Shown here piece by piece: positions 8,861 through 19,937 of a stretch of 64,000 nt of DNA (the first letter of the stretch is position 1; the number at the start of each line of letters is the position of its first letter). Source of the stretch: Roseburia sp. GTDB lineage: Bacteria; Bacillota; Clostridia; Lachnospirales; Lachnospiraceae. A program made the position numbers and the translations under genes. The stretch spans positions 7,882 through 71,881 of the forward strand of contig JBJELY010000161.1 in assembly GCA_051879395.1 (NCBI GenBank), in the 5' to 3' direction. Below the pieces are notes generated by a model. It had not been told where the DNA came from. It searched no databases and worked only from the letters and a program-made list of their open reading frames with translations.

Positions 8861-11296
8861 CTACGCATTTGTATTCTGGACTTGTGGAAAACTTAAAATG
8901 ACTTTGAACAAATCTCCGTCTACTACCAGTTCGAACCGTCCGTTCATCAACTCAGTTAAATTCTGTGCAATATTTAGTCCCAGACCGTTTCCTTCTGTAT
9001 TTCTGGAACTGTCTCCACGCACAAAACGTTCTAGCAGTTCTTCGCTTGATATATTTAATGGGTACTTAGACGTATTCCGGAAAACAATCTCTATCCGTCC
9101 ATTTTTGGCTTCCATATCGATATAAACCCTTGTTCCAGGCTGTGCATATTTACAGATGTTATTCATCAGGTTATCAATGACTCGCCAGAAATGCCGTCCG
9201 TCTGCCATAATGTAAAGTGGATATTCCGGGCTCTTTATCATCAAATCTAGTCCGAGTTCTTCGGTCCGTTCTCCGAACTCTCCCACGGTCTGTACCAGGA
9301 AAACTCCGGCTTCGCAAAGCTCCATGTTAACCGGTAAATTTCCAGTAGATGCTTTAGATGCTTCCATCAAATCTTCAATCAGTTTTTTCAGGCGGGCTGA
9401 CTGACGATCTAATACTTCCAGATATTCTTCTGCTGTTTCGTTATTTAACTCTTCTTTTTCCAGCAGGTCCACATAATTGATAATGGAAGTTAACGGCGTC
9501 TTGATATCATGTGAGACATTTGTAATTAATTCCGTCTTAAAACGCTCACTCTTCATACGCTCATCAACAGCTTTTGCAATTCCGTTACCGATACTATTCA
9601 GATTATCCCCGTGCTTCCGAAAATCTGGGAACATTTTTTGGGTATCTGCTTTATACTCTGTATCTCCTGACGCAAGATGTTCACCGGCATCTTTTAGTTT
9701 ATACAAATCGGTAACCGCTTTTAGCAAAAGCAACGCCAACAGGACCTTTTCAAAAAACCACAGGAAGAGTTCTGCACCCGGTTCATACGCAGTTGCTCCA
9801 ATCACAAGAAGCTCAATAAAACAAATTCCAAGAAAAATAACTCCTGTTTTCCAGACTAATGGAATCGCCTCTCCCGCTTTTTTACAGATTCCGGCGCACC
9901 ATCCAAACATTCTTCCTATGATGGTATTGTGCCACCATTTTCCAAGTTTGACTCGCACGGCGAAACTTAACAGAAATAGGATTCCTAAGAGTTCCATGGC
10001 GACTGCAATAAATCCAAATAGCAGAATATAAAAGAAACCATCCTCTAGCCAATAGCTTAATTCTACCAGAAGCCATAACCCCATAAACTCTGCTATCATA
10101 ATAATTCCCGCAAAAATTTCTACCGGTATCTTATCTATCCAAAGTGCCGTAATTTCTTCCGTTCCTTTTCGATGTCCTGCTGCTCCCATCAGGAAAATAA
10201 GGGCTGCAAAAAACAATACAAGGGAAATCACTGCTATGGCAAAAACTACATATTGCATCTGATAGGCAATACCCACCAGAATTTTTACTTTTACAAATAA
10301 ATCTCCATTTTCCCAGTCGCCATCATAAATCAACTCACCTTCCGGGATGAGTGAAATAACAACATAATGTTCTTCTTCCTGATTATGATTTTCTATAATA
10401 TATTCCTCATACTCATCTGTCTGATAAGTACCAGATGCCAGTTCCACATCTTCTGCAGAAAAATACATAAAATCTATCTCATCAGAAAACCAGTACGCAT
10501 TTTTTTCTGTGTTTATCTCTCCCCAGTTTTGATAACCTAATATGGTATTATCCAATTCCGACAGATTAATTGTTCCTTTTGCCGCAATCTCTTGAATCAG
10601 TTGCTGAAACTCTGTTCCGTCTGCCTCTTCATAAGCAATCTCTACTTGATAATTCCGGCTTTCCGGAACATACTTTAAGATAAGCTGTACGATACTTCCG
10701 TCTTCAAGAGTAACGCTAACCGTTGGATTTTTTACCGGATAATAGGTTCCATCTGCATCATAATAAAAGATGCCGGAACTTGCTTCATATACAACTTTGT
10801 CGATATAATACCAATTATCCTCATAACTATCATCCCCATAGAAATATTGAAAATCCCAAATAGAATCCCCATAATAATAATAGGTATTTTTTGTGACATA
10901 AAATTCATTTTCCTGATAATTCGTATCTTCGATTTTCTCTGTGAAATTGCTTTCCAAATAACTACTTTCGTTATTTAAGTCAATCTCATTTATGTCCTGA
11001 TTCCCTACATGAATGATACCATACTGATAGTTACTTCCATCAAAAAAGTAATTTTCATTACGGCTTGTAGTTTCATCATCTATGTGATCCATCACACGAT
11101 AGGCGTAGCGCCCGGCAATATTTTCATAGGCTGATTGAAGCGTTTGTACTTTTGTGTATCGGTAAACTCCCAAATCTTCAAATGCAATTACTGCCACTGC
11201 CGAAAGCACAAAGATGATACTGCTTACCACTGCTAAAATCCACGCAACTACTTTTGCACCCATTGAACCTTTTAATTTTTTCATAGATGCCTCCAT
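8861..11296 (-). CDS. sensor histidine kinase with large acidic extracellular domain
   Basis: H-box SHDIKTPLT, NLMNNICKY, GNGLGLNI; multiple TM. Confidence 0.93.
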   Translation of the reverse strand: MEASMKKLKGSMGAKVVAWILAVVSSIIFVLSAVAVIAFEDLGVYRYTKVQTLQSAYENIAGRYAYRVMDHIDDETTSRNENYFFDGSNYQYGIIHVGNQDINEIDLNNESSYLESNFTEKIEDTNYQENEFYVTKNTYYYYGDSIWDFQYFYGDDSYEDNWYYIDKVVYEASSGIFYYDADGTYYPVKNPTVSVTLEDGSIVQLILKYVPESRNYQVEIAYEEADGTEFQQLIQEIAAKGTINLSELDNTILGYQNWGEINTEKNAYWFSDEIDFMYFSAEDVELASGTYQTDEYEEYIIENHNQEEEHYVVISLIPEGELIYDGDWENGDLFVKVKILVGIAYQMQYVVFAIAVISLVLFFAALIFLMGAAGHRKGTEEITALWIDKIPVEIFAGIIMIAEFMGLWLLVELSYWLEDGFFYILLFGFIAVAMELLGILFLLSFAVRVKLGKWWHNTIIGRMFGWCAGICKKAGEAIPLVWKTGVIFLGICFIELLVIGATAYEPGAELFLWFFEKVLLALLLLKAVTDLYKLKDAGEHLASGDTEYKADTQKMFPDFRKHGDNLNSIGNGIAKAVDERMKSERFKTELITNVSHDIKTPLTSIINYVDLLEKEELNNETAEEYLEVLDRQSARLKKLIEDLMEASKASTGNLPVNMELCEAGVFLVQTVGEFGERTEELGLDLMIKSPEYPLYIMADGRHFWRVIDNLMNNICKYAQPGTRVYIDMEAKNGRIEIVFRNTSKYPLNISSEELLERFVRGDSSRNTEGNGLGLNIAQNLTELMNGRFELVVDGDLFKVILSFPQVQNTNA

Positions 11297-11307
11297 TTCT
11301 TATCTTA

Positions 11308-11997
11308 TTACTCTTTTTCCATTTTATAGCCTCGTCCCCAGACCACTTTTAAATAGCGTGGCTCTGCGGGATTGTATTCTACTTTTTCGCGGAGATGCCG
11401 AATATGTACCGCAACGGTATTTTCTGTGCCGTAAGGATTATCATTCCACACTTTTTCATAAATCTGATTCGGTGAAAAAACCTGCCCCGGATGTTCCATT
11501 AATAATTTTAAAATGTCATATTCCGTTCTCGTTAAAGCTATTTTTTCTCCATCCAATGTAACTTCTTTGGTCTTATCATCCAATTCGATTCCACCGATAG
11601 AAAGCGTATCCTTTCGAACGCTTCCGCCTCCAAGCAGCATATAACGGCGCAGCTGGGATTTCACCCTTGCCTGTAACTCTACCGGATTAAATGGCTTTGT
11701 CACATAGTCATCTGCTCCAACTGTAAGACCGAGTACTTTATCCGTGTCCTCGCTTTTTGCAGTCAGAAGAATCACTGGAACGTTGCTGGTCTCTCTGATT
11801 TTTACCATTGCTGAGATTCCATTCATCTCCGGCATCATGACATCCATCAGAACCAAATGTATTTCCTGCTCCTCCATGATTTTTAGCGCCTCTTTTCCGT
11901 TATAAGCCTCAAATACCTGATAGCCATCTGCTGTCAGATAAATGCTTAATGCAGATACAATATCCTTTTCGTCATCGCATACCAATATGTTGTACAT
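11308..11997 (-). CDS. OmpR family response regulator
   Basis: VCDDE, MDVMMP, KPF, VHIRHLREK, VWGRGY. Confidence 0.95.
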   Translation of the reverse strand: MYNILVCDDEKDIVSALSIYLTADGYQVFEAYNGKEALKIMEEQEIHLVLMDVMMPEMNGISAMVKIRETSNVPVILLTAKSEDTDKVLGLTVGADDYVTKPFNPVELQARVKSQLRRYMLLGGGSVRKDTLSIGGIELDDKTKEVTLDGEKIALTRTEYDILKLLMEHPGQVFSPNQIYEKVWNDNPYGTENTVAVHIRHLREKVEYNPAEPRYLKVVWGRGYKMEKE

Positions 11998-12206
11998 TTT
12001 CCTAAACTCTCCTATCCTTCGAAGTTATCTTTATGCATAAAGTTCGCACATGGGTTCTTTACTCTGTCACACAAAAAAGTTCCGCCCTCTGTGCTATGAT
12101 TCATCATATACACATTGTAGCGGAACTTTTATGAACTTCCAATATGCAAACATATTAAGATTTGATGAAGTTTCTGAAAGTACGTCCCCTCAGGGTCTCG
12201 GCAATC

Positions 12207-13793
12207 CTACTTCTGATTTGCCGGTTCCATGTTAACGGAACGACCTTTGATTTTTGCGTTTTTCATAGCTTCCAACACTTCTTTTCCGTATTCCATCGGA
12301 ACCTCCACGAAGGTATATTTATCGTACATATCAATGGCTCCAACCAACTTGCCCGGCATACCGGATTCCCCGGCAATAGCGCCTAAAATATCACCTGGTT
12401 TGATGCGATCTTTTCTTCCGATATTAATGAAAAGACGAACCATTCCTTCTTCTTCCGCACCAGTATTTTCAAAGTCAAACTCTGCTTTCTTTTCTACCGA
12501 TACTTCAATTCCTCCGGTTGCTTTCTTTAAGAAAGCGGCTGCAATATCCATTGCTGTATAGTCAGAATTATTGACCTGTTCTTCAATAATATCAATCATA
12601 CGACTCAAATCTTCTTCTTCAATGATACGGCTGATTTCATTTAAAACATTTTCTGCTTTTACATTTGCCACATCTGTTGTAGATGGAATTGGCCGTGCCA
12701 AAATCTTTGTTTTACAATAACGCTGGATATCTTTTAATTTGTAAACTTCTTTTCCCTTTACAAATGTAAATGCACGTCCTGTACGACCTGCACGACCGGT
12801 ACGACCGATACGATGTACATAGTACTCATCATCCTGCGGAATATCATAGTTAAAAACAGCTTCAATATCATCTACATCAATTCCACGCGCTGCCACATCT
12901 GTTGCAATTAGGATTTCTGTCTTTCCTGTACGGAATTTTTTCATGACGCGATCTCGCTGTGCCTGCTTCATATCACCATGAAGTCCTTCTGCAAAATAAC
13001 CTCGTCCCTGTAATTCCTGTGCAAGTTCATCTACCATCTTCTTTGTGTTACAGAAAACGACTGAAAGCTTTGGATTATAATAATCTAACAGACGTGTCAA
13101 TACATCTAACTTGTCTTTTCTTTTTACATCATAATAGTACTGCTCAATCTTTGGAACCGTTAATTCCTTTTTAATTACTTTGATCGTGACAGCATCATGC
13201 TGATATTTTCTGGTGATATCCAAAATTGGTTTTGGCATCGTCGCAGAAAAAAGAACCGTCTGACGATTTTCTTCCGGAATGTATTCCAAAATTGTCTCGA
13301 TATCCTCACGGAATCCCATGTTTAACATTTCGTCCGCCTCATCTAAAACGATGGTATTGACAAAATCACAACGGATTGTCTTTCTACGAAGGTGATCCAT
13401 GACACGCCCCGGTGTTCCAATAATAATCTGAGCTCCACTCTTTAAAGAACGAATCTGTTTATTGATTTCCTGGCCGCCATATACCGGAAGCACTTTGATG
13501 CCATGCATATATTTTGCAAGTTTACGGATTTCTTCCGCAGATTGAATTGCAAGCTCACGAGTTGGTGACAACACAATTACCTGTGTCTTTTTATTGGATG
13601 GGTCTACCTTCTGTAAAATCGGAATCCCAAATGCTGCTGTTTTTCCAGTTCCTGTCTGTGCCTGTCCGATTACATCTACACCTGACATAACAACAGGAAT
13701 TGCCTGTGCCTGGATTGGACTTGCTTCTTCAAATCCCATATCTTCTACTGCCCTTAATATTTCCGGGTATAATTCTAATTCTTCAAATTTCAC
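12207..13793 (-). CDS. deaD: DEAD-box RNA helicase with C-terminal DbpA RNA-binding domain
   Basis: AQTGTGKT, PTRELA, DEAD, SAT, HRIGRTGRAG; RLFINIG DbpA domain. Confidence 0.93.
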   Translation of the reverse strand: MKFEELELYPEILRAVEDMGFEEASPIQAQAIPVVMSGVDVIGQAQTGTGKTAAFGIPILQKVDPSNKKTQVIVLSPTRELAIQSAEEIRKLAKYMHGIKVLPVYGGQEINKQIRSLKSGAQIIIGTPGRVMDHLRRKTIRCDFVNTIVLDEADEMLNMGFREDIETILEYIPEENRQTVLFSATMPKPILDITRKYQHDAVTIKVIKKELTVPKIEQYYYDVKRKDKLDVLTRLLDYYNPKLSVVFCNTKKMVDELAQELQGRGYFAEGLHGDMKQAQRDRVMKKFRTGKTEILIATDVAARGIDVDDIEAVFNYDIPQDDEYYVHRIGRTGRAGRTGRAFTFVKGKEVYKLKDIQRYCKTKILARPIPSTTDVANVKAENVLNEISRIIEEEDLSRMIDIIEEQVNNSDYTAMDIAAAFLKKATGGIEVSVEKKAEFDFENTGAEEEGMVRLFINIGRKDRIKPGDILGAIAGESGMPGKLVGAIDMYDKYTFVEVPMEYGKEVLEAMKNAKIKGRSVNMEPANQK

Positions 13794-13925
13794 TTTATTT
13801 TCCTTTCACGTACTGTTCTACTTTGTTACAAAGAGAAAGGGCGCTATTTTTTGCGCCCTCTGATTTCATTGTTTGTTCTCTATTTGTGCTGCCTGCCTCG
13901 TCATCATCAGACAGCACAATAACGT

Positions 13926-13955
13926 ATTATATTACCTTTTTCCTATTATTGTCAA
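13926..13955 (-). promoter_or_regulatory. sigma-A promoter of the DEAD-box helicase
   Basis: TTGACA-18-TATAAT on the minus strand. Confidence 0.7.
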
Positions 13956-14145
13956 GCTATTTCTTCGATAGCACTTTCCTATGTACTCCGGAATAACTCC
14001 GGAGCTTATAAAAAGCAATCGAGACAACTTGTGTTTCACTCAAATTTTTGTATCTTGCGACATTCCTTTGTGAAAATGTAACTTTTCGATTGCGGATTGT
14101 CGTCTTTACCTTATTATTCTATTCTTCCTTCCTTTTTTTGTTCCA

Positions 14146-15771
14146 CTATATTCCAATTTTTACGATATCATCAGAAGTCAGGTTTCCTACACAAATGCTG
14201 TTGCGGTTCTTTTTCTTTACTTTATACAACATGGTGTCTGCCACATAAAGATAATCCCATGTCTTTGTTTCTTCTGACGGTATGTCCCAACAAATCCCCT
14301 GGGAAATCGTGACAACCGGAAGTGCTTTTGAAAATCTATGCTCTATATTCAAATCCAAGATACGCTGCCTTAATTTTTCTGCTTCGTTATAAACTTCCTC
14401 CATCTCCATATCCTGATAAACAACTACAAATTCATCTCCACCATAACGTGCACACAAGATTTTATCACTCTGCATTCCTCTTAATTCATCTGCTAAAGCA
14501 CAGATACATGCATCTCCTGCCTGATGTCCATAGTTGTCATTATATTGTTTAAAATAATCAATATCCAGAATTTCAACAGCAAACGGCGCTCCATTATAAA
14601 GCATTTTCTGAAAAATTTCTTCCATATAATCATTCAGCCGGAATCGGTTGGAAAGTCCTGTCAACGCATCTGTTTCTGACTTTTTGTGCAATGCCTCATT
14701 CTCTTCTTCCATTTCACGCCTTTTCTCGTTTGCGCGCTCTAAGGAACTTCGAACATCCAGCATATTCGCCACCATATACCGATTTTCCTTTTCCATTGCT
14801 TCCGTCATTGCAAAATAAAGTCCTGCTGCCTGCAAATATTCTGCATTCTTTCTATATTTTCTATAATATCGGATTTTTAATGCAAGGATTTCTCTCTGAA
14901 GATTCATGATTTGTGCTTGTTTTGTCAATTGTTCCAATATTTCAATCATATCCCACAATTGTTCATCTTTTTCAATCTCAAGCAACATCTCACAGTATTC
15001 ATACATATCATCAAAGACATCCATAACCGGGATGTGGATATCGGCATGCTCCTGCACATATGCAATGCACTCGTCTCTTCTTCCGATTCTCCCCATAGAA
15101 TGATAAAGCCTTGCCTTAAATGCCTGTGTATACAGAATTTCTGACGACTCCATATTCTCAGCACATTCTTTTTCTATACGTTCTACATATTCTAATGATT
15201 TTTCCGGAAGATTCCGAAGCAAATAGCATTTCGCCATGCTGTAATAAATTCCGTTCAGATAAGCATAATATTCCGGCAATTCACTATGCTCAGAAAGGTA
15301 CCGGTAAGCATTTTCCACGTAATGCTGGGCTTCCCGATACTCTCCGTAATTCATATATAGATTTCCGATATTGATATTAATCAGTGATTCTATCTCTCCT
15401 AGCTGGTATTTTTTACAATAATTCAGTCCGGTCAAATAGTAATCCATCGCAATGGGCTGGTTTCCTCTGTTTACAGATGTAATTGCCATAATATTATACG
15501 CTCTTGCTACCAGTTCCCACTGTCCGGAACGGTCTAGATAGGTAAGTGCACGCGTCATATATTTAAACAGATTTTCCCCATCATTTAACATGTAGTAGGT
15601 TTCCCCACTATAATAATATGCAAACCCCAGTAATCCCGTATCGTTGATTTCTATTGCATATTTCTCGATTTGAAGGCAGGCTTTTAATGTCTGTTCTGCA
15701 TCAATCCCCCGATTCTTCTGCACCTCATCCATCCAGCCAAGAATCACATCATTATATTCTTTACGCTCCAT
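14146..15771 (-). CDS. TPR-containing diguanylate cyclase
   Basis: N-terminal TPR-like helices; DALTGLSNR, DIDYFKQYND, RYGGDEF. Confidence 0.92.
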   Translation of the reverse strand: MERKEYNDVILGWMDEVQKNRGIDAEQTLKACLQIEKYAIEINDTGLLGFAYYYSGETYYMLNDGENLFKYMTRALTYLDRSGQWELVARAYNIMAITSVNRGNQPIAMDYYLTGLNYCKKYQLGEIESLININIGNLYMNYGEYREAQHYVENAYRYLSEHSELPEYYAYLNGIYYSMAKCYLLRNLPEKSLEYVERIEKECAENMESSEILYTQAFKARLYHSMGRIGRRDECIAYVQEHADIHIPVMDVFDDMYEYCEMLLEIEKDEQLWDMIEILEQLTKQAQIMNLQREILALKIRYYRKYRKNAEYLQAAGLYFAMTEAMEKENRYMVANMLDVRSSLERANEKRREMEEENEALHKKSETDALTGLSNRFRLNDYMEEIFQKMLYNGAPFAVEILDIDYFKQYNDNYGHQAGDACICALADELRGMQSDKILCARYGGDEFVVVYQDMEMEEVYNEAEKLRQRILDLNIEHRFSKALPVVTISQGICWDIPSEETKTWDYLYVADTMLYKVKKKNRNSICVGNLTSDDIVKIGI

Positions 15772-15840
15772 ATCAGAATACTTCCTCGCTCTTTTTTCCT
15801 AACTACATTATAAGAGGAAAGCGTCAACATTTCAAGATTT

Positions 15841-16647
15841 TTAGGATGTAATCAAGGATACCGGGTCTTGTGGCACTCCATCTTTCTGGATTTCAAAATA
15901 AAGATTGCTTCCTTCTACGGAAAAATATTTTGTCGGTTCGCTGACGTATCCTAACACCTGTCCTTCTTCCACCAAATCGCCGACCTCAAAATTTAATTCC
16001 TTTAACTGACCATAAATTGCCGTATAACCGTCTCCCAAATCCATTGTAACCGTGCATCCTGTTACCTCATTCTGAGAAATATCCGTTATTTTCCCCTGTG
16101 CTGCTGCATATACTTTGCTGTTTACAGCTCCCGCAATCAGAATAGCTGGATTATATTTATACTGATCCAGCGTTGCAAAATATACGGTCTGGTCCATGTG
16201 AAATCCCATAATAACGTCTCCCTGCATCGGCCAGGACAGCCCCTCTTCCGCCGAAAAATGAAGTGTACTCTGTGTCTTTGCCGTCGGTTGTGATGCAGCG
16301 TCTCCATCTTTTTCAGTTGTAGTCTCGTCTACCTCGGTTTCTTCTTCCACTGCAACCTCTGCCTGCACCTCCGTCTTATCTGTCGCTTCCTGTGGCAAAA
16401 TAACAGAAGACGCTTCTTCTAAATCACGTTCTATTGATTCACTTTCGTTCTCTGCCATCTGTGCTAACTGCTGCTCTTCCTGTGCTTCGGCCGCCTCTTG
16501 TGCCAGTTGCTGCTCTTTTTCCTGTCTGTCTTTTGCCTGCTCATTTGTATAGAACCAGGTCATTCCAATTGCCGCAAGAATCACAAGGGTTCCTGCTATT
16601 ACATATTGTTTTTGCCGCCAAAATGCGGATGCTCTTTTCTTTTTCAT
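15841..16647 (-). CDS. spoIIQ: SpoIIQ-like M23 (LytM) family protein
   Basis: N-terminal TM, acidic linker, degenerate M23 domain (YNPAILI, NLYFEI, Zn His lost); follows spoIID; SigF-like promoter. Confidence 0.75.
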   Translation of the reverse strand: MKKKRASAFWRQKQYVIAGTLVILAAIGMTWFYTNEQAKDRQEKEQQLAQEAAEAQEEQQLAQMAENESESIERDLEEASSVILPQEATDKTEVQAEVAVEEETEVDETTTEKDGDAASQPTAKTQSTLHFSAEEGLSWPMQGDVIMGFHMDQTVYFATLDQYKYNPAILIAGAVNSKVYAAAQGKITDISQNEVTGCTVTMDLGDGYTAIYGQLKELNFEVGDLVEEGQVLGYVSEPTKYFSVEGSNLYFEIQKDGVPQDPVSLITS

Positions 16648-16695
16648 GTTGTCACCACCCATAGTTTTTTTCCTCACATATTTTGTGATTTACTA

Positions 16696-16725
16696 TATTG
16701 TTTCCGCTTTTTTTCCTGCTTATAC
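16696..16725 (-). promoter_or_regulatory. SigF/SigG-type promoter
   Basis: GTATA-15 nt-GGAAACAATA upstream of the spoIIQ-like gene. Confidence 0.65.
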
Positions 16726-16794
16726 AGGCAGTGACATTTTTTTCTGTTTTCCTTCCCTTGTGTCAGGTAACGACCAATGCAAATTTCTTTTTGA

Positions 16795-17691
16795 TTATTT
16801 TATGGATGTCGTTACTATTTCTGTTCCCGCAAAAAAATAATTTAATATTTCTTCATATGTCTTTCCCTCTTCCGCCAGTTTTTCTGCTTTGTTCTGGCTG
16901 AGTCCATAACCATGACCGATTCCTTTTGTAATAATTCGAATTTTTTTTCCTTCTTCCTGAATGGAAAAATAAGAGGACGGCAATTCAAACAACGTTCGAA
17001 ATTCCTCCCCTGTTAGTTCTCTGGTTCCCACTTTTATCTTTAATACATACCCTGCCGAATCCCGTTCCAAAATTTCTACTTCAGACAAATCAGAAGCTGT
17101 TTCGCAAGTTTGAAAAAATCCTTTTTTCTCAAAATCATACACGCCCAGATACCCCTTTGCACTGATATCTTCTTTACAGGAAACGCTTGACAGATACGGC
17201 ATTTCTCCTTCTCCCACCACTTCTGAGATGGTACGTGTCTGCCCACTGCTGACCGCATGATATTCCGCATTGATGACCTTTCCCTGATACTCTAAAATCT
17301 GATTTTGTGTCTCCTGTACATATTGTTCCAATTGTTGATACCTTTCATTGAATTTATCCTTCCCCCACAACCTTGTCATTTCATCTAAAGAAAGTCCTTC
17401 CGGAAGAGGATTTCCGGCTTCTTTTGCAAGATAACAGTTCGTGCGGGCAATCACACACTGCGCCTTGATTGCCTCAGGCTCTGCGCTGACACTGATTTCA
17501 TTTGCCAGAATTCCCGGCAGTTGTTCTTCGATTTCTTCCGTCTCTGTCTTTTCTTCTTTTTCTTTTTTTCCTGCTTCCTGCGCTCCCAATAATTTTTCCA
17601 GCTCCAGCTTTTGCATAAAAATTGTCACAAGCAACGGAAGAATCAACATAATGATAAGGATGGATAATAGATTTTCCAGCTTTTTTTTCAT
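16795..17691 (-). CDS. spoIID: stage II sporulation protein D
   Basis: ANEI, EAIKAQCVIART, YHAVSSG, GIGHGYGLSQ, ILNYFF; start refined to MKKKLEN. Confidence 0.88.
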   Translation of the reverse strand: MKKKLENLLSILIIMLILPLLVTIFMQKLELEKLLGAQEAGKKEKEEKTETEEIEEQLPGILANEISVSAEPEAIKAQCVIARTNCYLAKEAGNPLPEGLSLDEMTRLWGKDKFNERYQQLEQYVQETQNQILEYQGKVINAEYHAVSSGQTRTISEVVGEGEMPYLSSVSCKEDISAKGYLGVYDFEKKGFFQTCETASDLSEVEILERDSAGYVLKIKVGTRELTGEEFRTLFELPSSYFSIQEEGKKIRIITKGIGHGYGLSQNKAEKLAEEGKTYEEILNYFFAGTEIVTTSIK

Positions 17692-17713
17692 AAAAAAAAT
17701 CTCCTTGTCCTTC

Positions 17714-17742
17714 AATATATGAAGGAAGGAGATTTTTAGAAC
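17714..17742 (-). promoter_or_regulatory. SigE-type promoter
   Basis: TTCTAAA...CATATATT upstream of spoIID. Confidence 0.6.
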
Positions 17743-17759
17743 TTTAATGCGTCTAAATG

Positions 17760-18452
17760 CTATGCATACAAATACAATATCATATTCACAAACTCTATCG
17801 TTTGATAAATCACATATCCAAAATATCCCAGTGATACTAATGCATAGCATACCGTGTAGATAATAGGACCTGTCTTTTTCTGTTTAGTCGCATGAGCACG
17901 CCAAATAAAATATCCAATACGGAAAAAGATTGCAAATAAAATTAATCCTGTAATTGGATATCCTTTTTTATGCACCTGTACAATATCAAGAATTAAAAAT
18001 ACAATAATTCCAATTCCTAATACCATGGACAGCAACATAAAGACAACCGTAGCCCCTGTAAACATACTGGTATAGGAATTACTATAATGATAAAAATTAC
18101 CCATCATTTCTTCCATCTGCTCGAACATAATTCCGGTATAAATTGCTGCCACAATCATTCCCACCATATCTAATGCCATAAGAATGTAAAAGAAAACATT
18201 CTTTACCGGCTCTCTCTGTGGCTCATTTATAACTCTTCCCGTCTGCGGATCAATATAAATCGGAGCGCCATTTCCATATACCGGCTGATTGTACTGTGCC
18301 TGCTGATTGTACTGCGGCTGATTGTTATACTGTGGCTGCTGATTATACTGCTGCTGATTGTACTGTGCCTGATCGTACTGTGGTTGTTGTGTGTTCTGTG
18401 GCTGGTCATAGGATGACGTCTGCCCCTGTGTTACATTCTGGTTTTCTTCCAT
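17760..18452 (-). CDS. membrane protein with N-terminal Q/Y-rich repeats
   Basis: QPQYN/QAQYN repeats (about 18283-18411) followed by 4 TM helices. Confidence 0.8.
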   Translation of the reverse strand: MEENQNVTQGQTSSYDQPQNTQQPQYDQAQYNQQQYNQQPQYNNQPQYNQQAQYNQPVYGNGAPIYIDPQTGRVINEPQREPVKNVFFYILMALDMVGMIVAAIYTGIMFEQMEEMMGNFYHYSNSYTSMFTGATVVFMLLSMVLGIGIIVFLILDIVQVHKKGYPITGLILFAIFFRIGYFIWRAHATKQKKTGPIIYTVCYALVSLGYFGYVIYQTIEFVNMILYLYA

Positions 18453-18518
18453 TTTTACCCTCTCTCTTTCTATGTTTGTTTTATGATTGAAAACTCTTTT
18501 AATTTTCGCAAAAAACTT

Positions 18519-19394
18519 TTAAGACTTCTTGATTTTTGCGCCGATGATATTACTGAGTTTTGCAAACTGCTCTAAAGTAAGTGCTTCTCCACGGATTGTG
18601 ACCGGAACTCCAAGTTCTTCGATACTTTCCTGAATAATTTCTTTGGAAAGATGAATTTCCGGTGAATTGTTCAGTCCGTTTGCCAGTGTTTTTCTTCGCT
18701 GATTAAAAGATGCCCGAATCAAACGGAACATCAACTTTTCATCTTCTACCTGTACCGGTACTTTTTCATGGCGTGTCAAACGAATCACCGCACTTCCGAC
18801 ATTCGGACGTGGCATAAAGCAATTTGGCGGAACATTGGCCACAATTTCCGGCTTTGCATAATACTGCACTGCCAGGGAAAGTGCGCCATAATCCTTCGTT
18901 CCCGGTCCAACCTGCATCCGGTCTGCCACTTCTTTTTGTACCATAATCGTTATACTGTCAATTGGTACATGGCTTTCAAAAAGTCCCATAATAATTGGTG
19001 TTGTAATGTAATATGGCAGATTTGCAACTACTTTTATCGGTCTGTTTCCATTTTTTTCTTCTGCCAGACGGTTGATATCCACCTTTAAAATATCCTCATT
19101 GATAACCGTTACATTATCGTATTCACTTAAGGTATCTGCAAGAATCGGAATCAGATTTTTATCAATTTCTACTGCTGCCACTTCTCTGGCACTTTCACAC
19201 AAATACTGTGTCATGGTTCCAATCCCCGGACCGATTTCTAATACAAAATCATCTTTTGTAATACCGGCTGACTCAATAATTTTTTCTAATACATGGGTAT
19301 CAATTAAAAAGTTCTGGCCAAACTTTTTTTGAAAATTAAAGTTATATTTTTGCAGAACCGCAATGGTATTCTGCGGAATTCCAAGTAATGCCAT
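18519..19394 (-). CDS. rsmA: 16S rRNA m6,6A dimethyltransferase
   Basis: KFGQNFL, EIGPGIG, VANLPYYIT, QKEVADR, FNQRRKTL. Confidence 0.97.
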   Translation of the reverse strand: MALLGIPQNTIAVLQKYNFNFQKKFGQNFLIDTHVLEKIIESAGITKDDFVLEIGPGIGTMTQYLCESAREVAAVEIDKNLIPILADTLSEYDNVTVINEDILKVDINRLAEEKNGNRPIKVVANLPYYITTPIIMGLFESHVPIDSITIMVQKEVADRMQVGPGTKDYGALSLAVQYYAKPEIVANVPPNCFMPRPNVGSAVIRLTRHEKVPVQVEDEKLMFRLIRASFNQRRKTLANGLNNSPEIHLSKEIIQESIEELGVPVTIRGEALTLEQFAKLSNIIGAKIKKS

Positions 19395-19407
19395 TCCTTT
19401 TCCTTTC

Positions 19408-19815
19408 TTACTTTTCTGCTATTTTTTCTTCAAAAAGGCGGTCTAAAAACTCATTGTAAAGCTGCTGGTAAGTCTCGTGGAAAGTCAGCGCAATATTTTT
19501 ATCGCCTGCACCGCTCATCTGGGATACTTCATAAATTTCAAATGCTGTCTCATAAAGCTCCGGATTCTTATCATAAAATACCTCTGTCAAAGTATCCTGA
19601 AATGTAAATTCTGCATCCTGACTCAGATTCTGTTTGAAATCCTCTTTTGAAATGCATCCATTTTCTTCATAATCAGAGAGAAAAATGTGTCCCTCTGTTT
19701 CCTTCATAAAATTTTCAAATGCCTCTCTGACATCTTCATATGTCAATGGCACATATTCTTTTTTCCAATATTCATCAAATGCTTCCTTATTTGGAAAACG
19801 TTCAAAAATTTCCAT
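19408..19815 (-). CDS. acidic hypothetical protein
   Basis: Start refined to MEIFERFP with GGAGG RBS; own putative promoter upstream. Confidence 0.7.
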   Translation of the reverse strand: MEIFERFPNKEAFDEYWKKEYVPLTYEDVREAFENFMKETEGHIFLSDYEENGCISKEDFKQNLSQDAEFTFQDTLTEVFYDKNPELYETAFEIYEVSQMSGAGDKNIALTFHETYQQLYNEFLDRLFEEKIAEK

Positions 19816-19937
19816 TTTTGCCTCCGTATTGCTCTTTTTTTCTAACGATATGATTATAGCGGATTTTCTTATACTTGTGAACCCTTCGTTGGTAACTTCT
19901 ACCGGACGAAGCATTGTCTTTTACTCTTATCGTTCAT

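Noticed and set aside
13884-13919. Hammerhead ribozyme (CTGATGA present)
   Set aside because: No GAAA core or three-stem arrangement around it
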